64,000 nt of DNA from a bacterium (GCA_040390065.1 JAZJZE010000004.1:76969-140968), one strand, 5' to 3'; positions 38,629 through 48,114 are shown, numbered from the stretch's first letter. Numbers and translations are program-made. The notes: a model not told the origin generated them from the sequence alone.

Positions 38629-39015
38629 GCATTTCACCGGCTGCCCGAAGCAGCCGGCTGACCCGAAGCGGGCGCGCTATTTTGCGCGATTTCGCGGCAA
38701 CGCGCTGGCCAAGCAAACGCTTGTTTGAGCGGCTTTTCGGACCACGTCAACGTTCCATTGCCTGCGGTTCTTCATGACATCGGGTCGACGGCCCGCCGCG
38801 ACGCCGCCGAAGGCAATTTGGCCGTGTAGGCGGCCGCCTTGCCTGGTGAGGCCGCGGGCGGCTAATGGCGGACTTAATTGGCGCGGCGGCCTCGGCGCCG
38901 AAAACCAATGACTGTCCGACAGTATGTTTCGTCTACCATGGTTCCATGGAGCGCGGCTCCGTTGTCCGCCGGAACTCTTTTCGCCTTCGCCCAGGATGCT
39001 CGCGCTGGTCCTACC

Positions 39016-39222
39016 ATGACCATCGCCCGCACCCTCGTCTTGACTGGCTTGCTGATTCTGACCGCCGCTACGCTGGCACCGATGGCCAGCGCCCAGCCGG
39101 ACAACGTGTACGTGTGCGCCTACGGCGTCAACGGCGGCTGCGAACCCGGCCACATCGCCGAGGTCCACGTCAAGGGCCACGTCGTTTACGTCCCGGACCC
39201 GTGCTACACGACCGCCTGCTGA
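39016..39222 (+). CDS. Small secreted Cys-rich peptide
   Basis: Signal peptide ending ASA; mature part about 42 aa with 4 Cys, ends DPCYTTAC. Confidence 0.7.
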   Translation: MTIARTLVLTGLLILTAATLAPMASAQPDNVYVCAYGVNGGCEPGHIAEVHVKGHVVYVPDPCYTTAC

Positions 39223-39283
39223 AGATGGGTGCCATCGGGTGGACAGCAGTCCTAAAGTAGTTGATTCGCTAATAAGCTAATTG

Positions 39284-40084
39284 ATGAATCAACCCGGCGG
39301 GGGCGCCTCCCGAGACGAAATCATCGCCATCCTGCTGGTTGCGGCAGCGGCAGGCGGCCTAGGATATGCCTTAGGCCGGGCCTCGGCAAGGGCTAACCCA
39401 GCACAAGCTGGCTTGCCTCCGCATGCCCTACTTGCCCCCACACCGCTCAAGCAGATTGCCGCCGAAGCTGGGATGCAGCCGCCAACCGCGTTGGCCCACC
39501 TGCGCAAGCTGCAGGACCAAGGCAAGCTCCAACGCATCCAAACCTCCGAGGGACCGCGATACGCCGTCCTTCCGTACGTCAGCTGCGAGTGGACCGATCC
39601 GGACCACGGAATCCAGACCGCCTGGCAAAGCACGCACTCCGTGGACTGGCGGTTCCCCCTCGTGTCGCGTGTCCCGGACGCCTCGGCTCAAGACTTCCTC
39701 TACGAATGGCTTGACCGTGCCCAGGCGCGCGGCCTCCTGCCACCGGCCCGCTCCAGGTTTGAGGCCCAATCCCCCAAGCCGCATCTTCTCCAAGCCGTGG
39801 TCTACGGGTCCTGCGCTCGCGGCCCCGCCCCTTCGAAGTCGGACGTCGACATCCTGCTGTACGGAGACATCCCAAAGACGCAGGTCGAGAAACTCAAGGA
39901 CCTCGGCCACGAGATTGCCCTAAAGGGCGGAAGACCCCCCGACATCCGCTCGATTGACGCGGCCGGCTGGTCCAAAGCAACGCCCGCCTTCCGGGAATCC
40001 ATTCAGCGAGAAGGCCGAACCGTGTACTCGAACGAATTCGGCGGCCTTTTCCTGGAACGGCCCCTCGGCGCCCAACATGCCTGA
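39284..40084 (+). CDS. HTH + minimal nucleotidyltransferase (MNT) protein
   Basis: LKQIAAEAGM..PTA..HL.KL HTH; YGSCARG....SDVDILL. Confidence 0.85.
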   Translation: MNQPGGGASRDEIIAILLVAAAAGGLGYALGRASARANPAQAGLPPHALLAPTPLKQIAAEAGMQPPTALAHLRKLQDQGKLQRIQTSEGPRYAVLPYVSCEWTDPDHGIQTAWQSTHSVDWRFPLVSRVPDASAQDFLYEWLDRAQARGLLPPARSRFEAQSPKPHLLQAVVYGSCARGPAPSKSDVDILLYGDIPKTQVEKLKDLGHEIALKGGRPPDIRSIDAAGWSKATPAFRESIQREGRTVYSNEFGGLFLERPLGAQHA

Positions 40085-40436
40085 GAGTGCACTCCTGCAG
40101 CTCGCGGAGAGCTATCTCCGAACGGCCCGGGCGGCGCTCGAGGCAGGCGATATTGCGCCGGCCTACGAGACCGCGCGCACCGCCTGCGAACTGGCCGCCA
40201 AGGCAATCCTCGACCAGCGCGGGATTCCCACGAGCGGCAAGGAACACAACGTGGCTCCTCAGCTTGTGCAGGCTGGAGCATGGCCCGGCGGCGATCCGGG
40301 CAAGCGACTCTCCAAGTTCCTCAACGACTACACGCGGGGCGTCTACGGCGTTGGCGAGACCATTGCTCGGAAAGAAGCCGAACGCGGCGTCGCCCTCGCA
40401 GAACAGATGATCAAGAAGGCCAAGGGTCATGGCTAG
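40077..40436 (+). CDS. HEPN-domain protein
   Basis: A..YL..A...A..ACELAAKAIL...H...Y.R..Y; overlaps the MNT gene. Confidence 0.85.
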   Translation: MPESALLQLAESYLRTARAALEAGDIAPAYETARTACELAAKAILDQRGIPTSGKEHNVAPQLVQAGAWPGGDPGKRLSKFLNDYTRGVYGVGETIARKEAERGVALAEQMIKKAKGHG

Positions 40437-40649
40437 GCCGTGGCCAGGGAAAACAATGCTCGGCGCGAACCGAACTACAGGGTTCGCGACTCGACCAGCC
40501 GTGCCATGCAGATTCCCAGTTCGACGCGCGCTTTCTCCTCTCCTGCCACCCCGGAGGGCTGCTAACAATCGATGCGGAACTCGCGCAAACGAGACGGCCT
40601 GGCCTGAGCGCCTTGAGTGGACCCTCCGGTTTGGGAATCCGCCGCCGAT

Positions 40650-40750
40650 GGCGCAACCGCCATTCTCCCGCCGATTTGCCCCGCACCATGTACTGGAGAC
40701 ACCCCTACCGTTTACGGGCAAACTTCCTTGACAATCCGGTATCTCCCGCT
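40650..40750 (+). repeat. attR (site 3, full tRNA 3' duplication)
   Basis: TTTACGGGCAAACTTCCTTGAC + AATCCGGTATCTCCCGCT. Confidence 0.9.
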
Positions 40751-40956
40751 CAAGCATCGCCGGCGCGAAGCGCTCGGCGGCTGCAGCCGGGGAATACCGG
40801 TTCGCCGAGGCGCCAGGCAAAGCAGCGCCGATGGTAACCCTGCGGTTCTGCTTGCGGGGCCGCCGCGCCGAATCCGGTCTCTCCCGCTCTCTGGCATTGG
40901 CGCGTGCGACGTATCCGCCCATATCCTGATATCCCGCTTCATCTCAGGCCGATTCC

Positions 40957-42429
40957 ATGCGCTTGTATGCCTGGGCCGTCGCCGCCCTGTCGCTTGCTTC
41001 CTTGCTGGCGGGTTGTTCCGGTTCCGAGGCGCCGTCGTCGACGTCGACGCCGCCGCCCGTGGCCCACTTCCCGGATTCGCCGGCAACGACGTTCTACCAC
41101 TTCGCTGGCGCCGTGCCCGCCGATGCTCGCGTCCTTGGCGGCAACAATTCGGCCTTCCTCGCTGCAGGCAATTACTCGTACATCGGCACGACGACGTATG
41201 AGCCGTCCATTGGCGCCACGAAGTCGGGCGCGCTCTTCATGACGAGCCTGAAGCGCGACATCAACCCGCCCAACCTGCCCGACCAAGGCACGCACATCAT
41301 CCGCGGCCTCGATTCGGGGCACAACTGGACGGACACCGGCCCCTTCATCCCGACGACGAAGACGACGCTCACCGTCAACAGCAACGACCCGTACATGTAC
41401 GTCGATCCGTGGACGAGCCGTGTCATCGACTTCGACATGTGCGGCACCCTCTCGGCGTTCTGCATGTCGTACTCCGACGATGACGGCGCGACGTGGACGC
41501 CGCGCAGCATCGTGACCGGCGAATCCACGGCGCTCGACCACCAGAGCATCGCGGCGGCCCCGGCGGGCGAAGGCGTCACGACCGTCGGTTACCCGAACGT
41601 GCTCGTGTTCTGCGTGAACCGCGGTCTTAGCACCGTGGGGCCGTACTGTAGCACGAGCCGCGACGGCGGCATCAACTGGTCGCCACTCATTCCCGGCTCT
41701 CCCGCCGGCAAGGCGCAGTGCAGCGGTCTGTCCGGCCACGTGCACGGCTCCATCGACGGCCGCTTCTACCGCGGCAATCCGTCCTGCACCGGCCCTGCGG
41801 TCTACCGCAGCGATGACGGTGGCCTCACGTGGAGCGAGCACACCATCAACACGACGAGCGGCTCGCTTCTGCATGACATCGAGGTCGGCATCGACGCCAA
41901 GGGCAACGTGTACGCCGGCTGGATCGCCGACGACGGCCTGCCCTACCTCGCCCTGAGCCGCGACCACGGCGACACGTGGCCCATCCAGATGATGGTCGCC
42001 CCGCCCGGCGTCACCGCCACCGGCTTCCCCGCCGTCGCAGCCGGCGCCGACGGCCGCGTCGTCATGGCCTACATCGGCACCACCCTCGAGAAGGGCTACG
42101 ACGGCTCGCAGACGAAGGCCACGTGGAACGGCTACCTCAGCGTCCTCACCGACGCCTTCGCCGAGAACCCGCTCATCACGACCGTCACGGTCAACGACCC
42201 CGCCACGGACCCGCTCTCGACGGGCGCTTGCGGCAACGTGCGCTGTGGCGGTTTTGGCGACTTCATCGATGTCACCATCGACCCCTCGGGCCGCCCGTGG
42301 GCCGCCATGGCCAACAACGAGCACGGCGACTCTGGTCTCGCGGTCACCATGGTGGATGGCCCAGCCCTGCTGGGCGACTTGAAGCCGCTGCCGCACCTGA
42401 CCCTCCGGGGCCCGGCGACCCTCCCGTAA
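40957..42429 (+). CDS. BNR/Asp-box (sialidase-like beta-propeller) lipoprotein
   Basis: LLAGC; repeated S.D.G.TW boxes. Confidence 0.85.
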   Translation: MRLYAWAVAALSLASLLAGCSGSEAPSSTSTPPPVAHFPDSPATTFYHFAGAVPADARVLGGNNSAFLAAGNYSYIGTTTYEPSIGATKSGALFMTSLKRDINPPNLPDQGTHIIRGLDSGHNWTDTGPFIPTTKTTLTVNSNDPYMYVDPWTSRVIDFDMCGTLSAFCMSYSDDDGATWTPRSIVTGESTALDHQSIAAAPAGEGVTTVGYPNVLVFCVNRGLSTVGPYCSTSRDGGINWSPLIPGSPAGKAQCSGLSGHVHGSIDGRFYRGNPSCTGPAVYRSDDGGLTWSEHTINTTSGSLLHDIEVGIDAKGNVYAGWIADDGLPYLALSRDHGDTWPIQMMVAPPGVTATGFPAVAAGADGRVVMAYIGTTLEKGYDGSQTKATWNGYLSVLTDAFAENPLITTVTVNDPATDPLSTGACGNVRCGGFGDFIDVTIDPSGRPWAAMANNEHGDSGLAVTMVDGPALLGDLKPLPHLTLRGPATLP

Positions 42430-42479
42430 ATCGAGGCGACGACCAGAAAGGTCATGGGGGGCCCCCCCTCGTGGGCGGC

Positions 42480-44063
42480 ATGGCCCTGAAAGCCCTGCTG
42501 GCGGCCCTCGCCGTCGTCGTCATGATTGTCCCTGTTGCCCACGCCTCGGCTGGCGCTGGTCGCGTGAACAGCAGTTCCTTCGGCCTTCCGGGCGCCCCGC
42601 GCTTCGATGCCTACGCCCTGCCGGACAGTTCCCTCAACGCCGACAACGCGGGCGAGCCCACCATCGGCATCCCCTGGAACACGAACTCCCTCTTCTTCCA
42701 GGCGTTCACGGCGACGCATCGGGCGGTCTTCTCCAACGAGACGGACGCCAACGGTGCTCCCAAGGTCACCTGGACCGACGTCACCCCGGCCTTCAGCCGC
42801 ATCAACGTCGACCCGATGCTGTACGCGGACCATGTCACGAACCGCGTCTTCCAGGGCGGCCTCGACGGTCCGTGTAGCGTCATGGGCCTTTCCGACGACG
42901 ACGGGAAGACCTGGCTGCCTTCGCACAACATGTGCAACGGCGCCCAACTCGACCACCAATCCATCGGGTCCGGCCCATGGCCAAAGGAGGACGTCCTGTC
43001 GCGTTCCACCGTGTACCCGCGCGCGACCTACTACTGTTCGCAGCTCGGCACGGACGCCTGCGCCACCAGCCCCAACGGCGGCATGGACTGGCTCCCGCCT
43101 GCGCAGGTCACGGGCTCCTGCGGCAGCCTGCACGGCCACATCAAGGTCAGCGAGGCGGACGGCTTTGCCATCCTCCCCAACGGTAACTGCGGCGGCAAGG
43201 TCGGCTTCGGCTTCACCAACAACGGCGGCATCACCTGGGACTCGCGCACCATGCCGGACAGCAAGTCGGGCGACGGCTTCGACCCGTCGGCCGCGTTCTC
43301 GACGGGTGGCTGGCTATACCTCGCGCAGGCCAACATCGACGGCCTGCACGTGGCCTTGTCGAAGGATGACGGGGCATCGTGGCAGACCATCGGCAACCTG
43401 ACCGCGGATGCGACGCCGGGCACCTGGCTCGACCTCAGCGGTGTCTTCAAGGACCCGAAGACCGGGAACCCGATCAAGTACGGCAGCTTCCCCGACGTCG
43501 TCGCCGGCGACAACACCCGCGTCGCCATCAGTTTCCTCGGCACCACGAACCCGGATGGCAAGCACCCGTTCGACGACTGCAGCAAGGCGTCCGACGAGAA
43601 CATCTGGCACTACTACCTCGCCGAATCCTTCGACGCGGGATCGACGTGGAGCATCACGCGCCTGTCGGAAGACCCCGTGCAGATCGGCGCCATCTGGAAC
43701 GGCGGCGGCGGCGATGCATGCCGCAACCTCTTGGACTTCGCCGACATGCAGATGGATTCCTACGGACGGCTGGCCATCGGCTTCGCGGACGGCTGCCTCG
43801 ACTCGTGCGCCAAGAAGTACCACGAATGGGTCGCCGGAACTGGCAGCCCACCCGTCGGCTCCGACTCGCGCCACGCCTGGGGCACGGTGCTGCGGCAGAC
43901 GACGGGTCTCAGCCTGTTTGCCATGTACGACAAGCCGGTGCCCGTCGTCGTCGGGACGCCGCCGCCCATGACCACGGAGCCGCAGGCAACGCCCGGCATC
44001 GAGGCGCCCCTCGCGATGCTAGCCGTCGCCGCCTTGGCCGTGGCCGTGCGGCGCCGGGCTTAA
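42480..44063 (+). CDS. BNR/Asp-box surface protein with PGF-CTERM-like tail
   Basis: Signal peptide; SDDDGKTW-type boxes; TPGIE + hydrophobic + RRRA. Confidence 0.85.
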   Translation: MALKALLAALAVVVMIVPVAHASAGAGRVNSSSFGLPGAPRFDAYALPDSSLNADNAGEPTIGIPWNTNSLFFQAFTATHRAVFSNETDANGAPKVTWTDVTPAFSRINVDPMLYADHVTNRVFQGGLDGPCSVMGLSDDDGKTWLPSHNMCNGAQLDHQSIGSGPWPKEDVLSRSTVYPRATYYCSQLGTDACATSPNGGMDWLPPAQVTGSCGSLHGHIKVSEADGFAILPNGNCGGKVGFGFTNNGGITWDSRTMPDSKSGDGFDPSAAFSTGGWLYLAQANIDGLHVALSKDDGASWQTIGNLTADATPGTWLDLSGVFKDPKTGNPIKYGSFPDVVAGDNTRVAISFLGTTNPDGKHPFDDCSKASDENIWHYYLAESFDAGSTWSITRLSEDPVQIGAIWNGGGGDACRNLLDFADMQMDSYGRLAIGFADGCLDSCAKKYHEWVAGTGSPPVGSDSRHAWGTVLRQTTGLSLFAMYDKPVPVVVGTPPPMTTEPQATPGIEAPLAMLAVAALAVAVRRRA

Positions 44064-44401
44064 CCCGACCGCATGAACATCTCGTTCACGGTCTGCCCGT
44101 CATGCACGGTGACGGTCTTGTCGAATGGCACTTCGTTGGGCGGAGCGAAGTGGAGGACGTAATCGCCGGCGGGCAGGCTATCGAACAGGAAATTGCCAAA
44201 GTCGTCCGTCGTCGCACCCAATCCGAGCGGTTGCAGGAAGATGGGGATGTGCGCATACGGTTGGCCGGCGTCACTCATGGCGTTGCCGACGATCTTGGCG
44301 GTGTGAGCGGGCGTTGCCGCCGAACACCCTGCGAGGAGGGCGGCTGCGAGCACGGCCACGAGTACCTGACGCACGCCTTGCCATCGGCTGGACGGGCGCA
44401 A
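44060..44401 (-). CDS. Carboxypeptidase-regulatory-like domain lipoprotein
   Basis: LLAGC; TTDDFGNFLFDSLPAGDY. Confidence 0.75.
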   Translation of the reverse strand: MRPSSRWQGVRQVLVAVLAAALLAGCSAATPAHTAKIVGNAMSDAGQPYAHIPIFLQPLGLGATTDDFGNFLFDSLPAGDYVLHFAPPNEVPFDKTVTVHDGQTVNEMFMRSG

Positions 44402-44430
44402 AGCCGTTTCGGTGCCGGTGGCTCCGTGTC

Positions 44431-44591
44431 TAAAGTCCCTCCCGGTCTGACTTCTGTTTCAAGCAGTTGAGGTCAATCCCGTTGGCGAAGGCGTGGTAGA
44501 TCAGGACGGTTAGGTTGTAGGCCAAGACCTTGCAGAGCAGTTCGTTTTCTTGGGCGACGCGGTTCTTTGACCGGAGGAAGTCGCCGACTGC
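44431..44591 (-). pseudogene. C-terminal remnant of a DDE transposase related to 24682-26019
   Basis: Manual translation AVGDFLRSKNRVAQENELLCKVLAYNLTVLIY..ANGID vs LGDQVYSRDPEARRNEVLCMVIAHNLARLVY..REGVE. Confidence 0.8.
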
Positions 44592-44825
44592 CTAGTAAGA
44601 TGGCCACGGTAGAGCTATGCCTAGCTCTGACAAGTCGCTGCGTGTTCACGACGCAGCGGCCGGCCCTTCGCAACCCCTATCGACCTAGCGGAGCGGAGGC
44701 CGCATTCAGCCTTGGAGTTTTCCTCACAGAAATCCAGGGATTTTTCGGGATTGGGCCCGGTGTAGCCAGTGCTGCTAAGACAACAGGAACCCTTCCGTTT
44801 TGGGCTAATTGCCCAGGAAACCAAG

Positions 44826-45413
44826 ATGAAGACCATATTTGCCGTAGGAGTCGTGCTGTTGATGGGGCTTACAGTTGCCCCTCTAGGGAAGGCGGATCCA
44901 GACCCATGCCAAGCCATTGGCCAGCAATGCGACCAGCTTCCGACCAACCTGTGTCCTGGAGTTGGCAACTACCCGTCCTGCGCATTCGGCCTCGCATGCG
45001 CCCACGGCGTGGACGGCTGCCTGCCCCATGTGCCGCCCATTCCAACCTATAAGACCGGCGACGTATCCACAAGCGCCGGGACAAGGCAGTGGTGCTCGGG
45101 GCCCGACGCAACGCACAACGACGTCTGGTGCCACAAGGCTTTCCCCAAGCATGACATCGTGGAATACGGCATGTACTACTCCGCCAATACATGGGGCACC
45201 AACCATGCGAGCTACACCGACCAGTACACCGGCGATTGGTGGTACCTCCAATTCAAGGGCAACGGCATCGTTGACGAAACGTGCAGCGAATCCGGAGGCG
45301 ACGGCGAATGGGTGGCCAGCGACGTCTTCGGAGGCCTCAGCGAAGACACCTCCGCACCCAACTGCGACCGTCTTCCATGGGGCGCCTGGGGAGCCTACGT
45401 GGAATACGCCTAG
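44826..45413 (+). CDS. Secreted Cys-rich protein
   Basis: Signal peptide; 10 Cys; lower GC. Confidence 0.7.
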   Translation: MKTIFAVGVVLLMGLTVAPLGKADPDPCQAIGQQCDQLPTNLCPGVGNYPSCAFGLACAHGVDGCLPHVPPIPTYKTGDVSTSAGTRQWCSGPDATHNDVWCHKAFPKHDIVEYGMYYSANTWGTNHASYTDQYTGDWWYLQFKGNGIVDETCSESGGDGEWVASDVFGGLSEDTSAPNCDRLPWGAWGAYVEYA

Positions 45414-45416
45414 GAC

Positions 45417-46298
45417 ATGACTCAAGCACGACTTGCCGGGGCGCTTGCGGTCATGGTCTTGCTGAGTGCATGCGCAGGACTCGATGACGGCACAACGACG
45501 ACCAAGCATTCGTCCCCGCCAAACCCCTTCCTCTCTCTTCCCAATCACTACATGGCCACAGGACTCCCCAACGACACGTACCTAGCGATAGGTTTCGAGA
45601 TTTCCTCGAAGTCAATGTTCCTGGCTACCTTCCATTACAATGCGACCTGGAAGAACGCCGGTGCATCATGGGAAATGGAGGAAGTCATGCGCCTCGACGG
45701 CGGCCACCTCATCGTCGACCCCTACCAAGGCGGCGGCGCCAACATCCTCTGCGTCAGACCAAGTGCGCCATGCGAAACCCAAGACCTGAATGCGTCTGGG
45801 CCAGCGGATTATGGCGGCACGCTTGAACCAGGCCGCTACGTCGCTCAAGTCGCCGCCTTCAGCGCAACCCGCGCGGCCCTTGCCATTGATGTGGCCTTGC
45901 GCACAAATGCTACGGTCCTCTGGATTCAACATGGAAAGGCAGAATTGGTTCGGCCGAGTCTCCGGTCCACGGACCACTACGTCGCAGAAGTCATGGCCAA
46001 CGAACCATTCTATGCCAGGGTTTCTTCATCAGACCGCGGCTTTGGCGTAAGACAATGGAATATCACGCAGGACTTCAGCCTCGCAGCCAACTTTACACCG
46101 CAAATGGCGGGACCCCACTCGAACATTCGGTGGCATGACGCTGTGTCTGGTACGGACTCCTATTGGGCAGGATTCGTCGGACCTGCAGGGTTCTGGCAAT
46201 TCCAATGCGTCCAAGACCCATCCTACCAACCCGTCGCATGTCTCGTTGGCATCGTTTCGTCGCCCAGATTCGCGAACCAAGCCGGCGAAATCTCGTAG
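45417..46298 (+). CDS. Lipoprotein
   Basis: LLSAC lipobox; 3 bp after the upstream gene. Confidence 0.7.
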   Translation: MTQARLAGALAVMVLLSACAGLDDGTTTTKHSSPPNPFLSLPNHYMATGLPNDTYLAIGFEISSKSMFLATFHYNATWKNAGASWEMEEVMRLDGGHLIVDPYQGGGANILCVRPSAPCETQDLNASGPADYGGTLEPGRYVAQVAAFSATRAALAIDVALRTNATVLWIQHGKAELVRPSLRSTDHYVAEVMANEPFYARVSSSDRGFGVRQWNITQDFSLAANFTPQMAGPHSNIRWHDAVSGTDSYWAGFVGPAGFWQFQCVQDPSYQPVACLVGIVSSPRFANQAGEIS

Positions 46299-46393
46299 GG
46301 TCAACCTCCGACTTTTGTTCCAAACTGGCTCCCTGGCCGACGTTAGACACGGAGCCGGTGCCGGTCATGCCGGGCGCAACGGAGCCGATTGGC

Positions 46394-47182
46394 TCACTCG
46401 TCGTCGCCGTCGGGCTTTGCGCCTTCTTCCTCGGACTGGGGGGGCGCCGACGCTTGGGCAGCTGCGGCTGCGTCGTCCTTGGCCTTTTTCTCGGCGTCGG
46501 AGGCACTGGAGCCGAATTCGGCGCGCAGCTTCACCATGGCGTCCTCGTCCTCGAACTTCTTCAGGAAGTCGGGTTCGACGGCCTCCGTGACGTAGACGGA
46601 CTTGCCGGCGCGGAAGATGAAGTTGCAAGCATCGGAGGCGCGCTTGACGTCCACTTGCAGCAGGATGGGGTCGGGGTTGTGCACGCGGCCGGCGGAGTAC
46701 GCCTTGTCCGGTGTCGCCGACAAGTGGATCATGTTGCGGTCCGACGGGCGCAATCCCGTCTCGAGGACCAGGTCCAACTCTTCCTCGGAGACGGGGAAGT
46801 AGAGCGTGTCGACATTTGCCTCGGGCAGGTCGTCCAGGTTGACGTTGACCGAGTGCGCGTACGTGGCGCGAATCATGCCGCCATCGATTTGGTAGCGGCC
46901 TTTCTCGTCGGTCTCGACGAGGGCCTGGATGTGCTCGGGGCGCAGCCAGCGGGCGTAGTTCGGGCGGCTCGCGCGAATGGAATTGACGAACTCGTTGAGG
47001 TCGACCCAGCCACGGCCATCCATCGTGAGGCCGAAGCGCTCCGGGAAGTGACGCAGGATGCCGGCCATCATGCGGCCGATGCGGTCGATCTCGAAGTCCT
47101 TCATCACGAAGCGACCGGGCGTGTCGCAAAGTGGGCAGTTCTCTCCGCGGTAGAATCCATGTGTTCGGCATTGTGCGAGCAT
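46394..47182 (-). CDS. kptA: RNA 2'-phosphotransferase (Tpt1/KptA) with N-terminal Zn ribbon
   Basis: C..HGFYRG..CPLC; ILRH.P, D..GWV, D.KGRY, IRATYAHS, IHLS. Confidence 0.9.
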   Translation of the reverse strand: MLAQCRTHGFYRGENCPLCDTPGRFVMKDFEIDRIGRMMAGILRHFPERFGLTMDGRGWVDLNEFVNSIRASRPNYARWLRPEHIQALVETDEKGRYQIDGGMIRATYAHSVNVNLDDLPEANVDTLYFPVSEEELDLVLETGLRPSDRNMIHLSATPDKAYSAGRVHNPDPILLQVDVKRASDACNFIFRAGKSVYVTEAVEPDFLKKFEDEDAMVKLRAEFGSSASDAEKKAKDDAAAAAQASAPPQSEEEGAKPDGDDE

Positions 47183-47186
47183 GGCA

Positions 47187-47258
47187 AGGGGAGAGAGGGA
47201 ATCGAACCCCCGTAAACGAGATCTGCAGTCTCGCCCATAGCCGCTTTGGTATCTCCCC
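47187..47258 (-). tRNA. tRNA-Cys(GCA)
   Basis: GGGGAGA/TCTCCCC acceptor, CGAGA-CTGCAGA-TCTCG anticodon arm, GGGGG-TTCGATT-CCCTC T arm, U discriminator. Confidence 0.95.
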
Positions 47259-47388
47259 GGACGCAACCGGTGCGGGGGCGCGGCCGGCGCCGGCCCTTCC
47301 TACGCGCGCGACGGAAAGGGGGTTATATGAAGCGATTGGGAGCGCAAACGCCGCGCTCGCCTATCGCCGGAGCCGGTCGGCCCGTGCA

Positions 47389-48114
47389 TCAATGGCAATT
47401 CGATGACATGGGAGGCCCGATGGGCAATGCGTTGGGGTCCGTTAGGGACTCGTACATCGCTTGCGTATTGCGCACGGCAATCGTAATGTTGCCGTCCCGG
47501 AAGGAAATGGTCTCAGACCCGACTAGGGGGCGGATGCTCCCGTCCCGTTCCTTCATCATGGGATGGAAGAAGAGACGCCCTTCGGCATCCGCTGTCATGA
47601 CAGTATACCAAGGCAATGACGAGCCGCGAACATCTTGCAGGCGAGTCTCTGGCGGGGCCTCAAGGGGTTTCGTGGCCTTGAGGTCAAATGCATAGAGAAA
47701 GAGGTCGAAGGTGACTCCCTTGCCCTTCCACGGAATCTCAATGAAGAATGAATCAGGTACCTGCAGCGTCAGGGAGAGGGATTCACCGTTCGGCCCGCTG
47801 AGATTCATGGTACCTACGTGGGCGTCCGCATGCACGTTTGAGGAAAACAGCACTCCAAGGTCGCGGGTGCTCGATTCGAACAGGCGGCTGCTACCTCTTG
47901 CGTGGTCCGCCTGCTGGACGCAGGTCCATCCTGCTGGGGGTTCGGTCGCGGTAGCGGCGAACTGGCGCCAGGAAGTGCAGCTCGCCGACAAGTTGTACAT
48001 TTGGACTGGGCAAGTGCGGTAGGCAGTGGAATCCGGCGGGCGACCCGGCCCTGAGGGCCCCCCGCATCCAGCCAGAACGACGGGAATTGCAAGCAAGGCG
48101 GCGAGGTAGCGCAT
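47389..48114 (-). CDS. Lipoprotein
   Basis: VLAGC lipobox; 8 bp downstream of the secreted protein. Confidence 0.7.
   Translation of the reverse strand: MRYLAALLAIPVVLAGCGGPSGPGRPPDSTAYRTCPVQMYNLSASCTSWRQFAATATEPPAGWTCVQQADHARGSSRLFESSTRDLGVLFSSNVHADAHVGTMNLSGPNGESLSLTLQVPDSFFIEIPWKGKGVTFDLFLYAFDLKATKPLEAPPETRLQDVRGSSLPWYTVMTADAEGRLFFHPMMKERDGSIRPLVGSETISFRDGNITIAVRNTQAMYESLTDPNALPIGPPMSSNCH

Larger units (their letters stand above)
28209..40750. mobile_element. tRNA-Lys-integrated genomic island
   Basis: 18-bp direct repeat of the tRNA 3' end AATCCGGTATCTCCCGCT at 28209-28226 and 40733-40750; tyrosine integrase next to the tRNA. Confidence 0.9.

Noticed and set aside
33939-40750. Classical integron attC sites
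   Set aside because: No RYYYAAC...GTTRRRY hairpin structure seen, and no obvious IntI-specific insertion in the integrase; the sites resemble phage-type attR.
15527-42432. CCCGTAAATC-like motif shared by the transposon ends and att site 2
   Set aside because: The same 10-mer also occurs at an ordinary stop codon (42423-42432), so a functional link is unsupported.
42454-42468. G6-C7 palindrome between the BNR genes
   Set aside because: Single low-complexity hairpin in GC-rich DNA with no other support.
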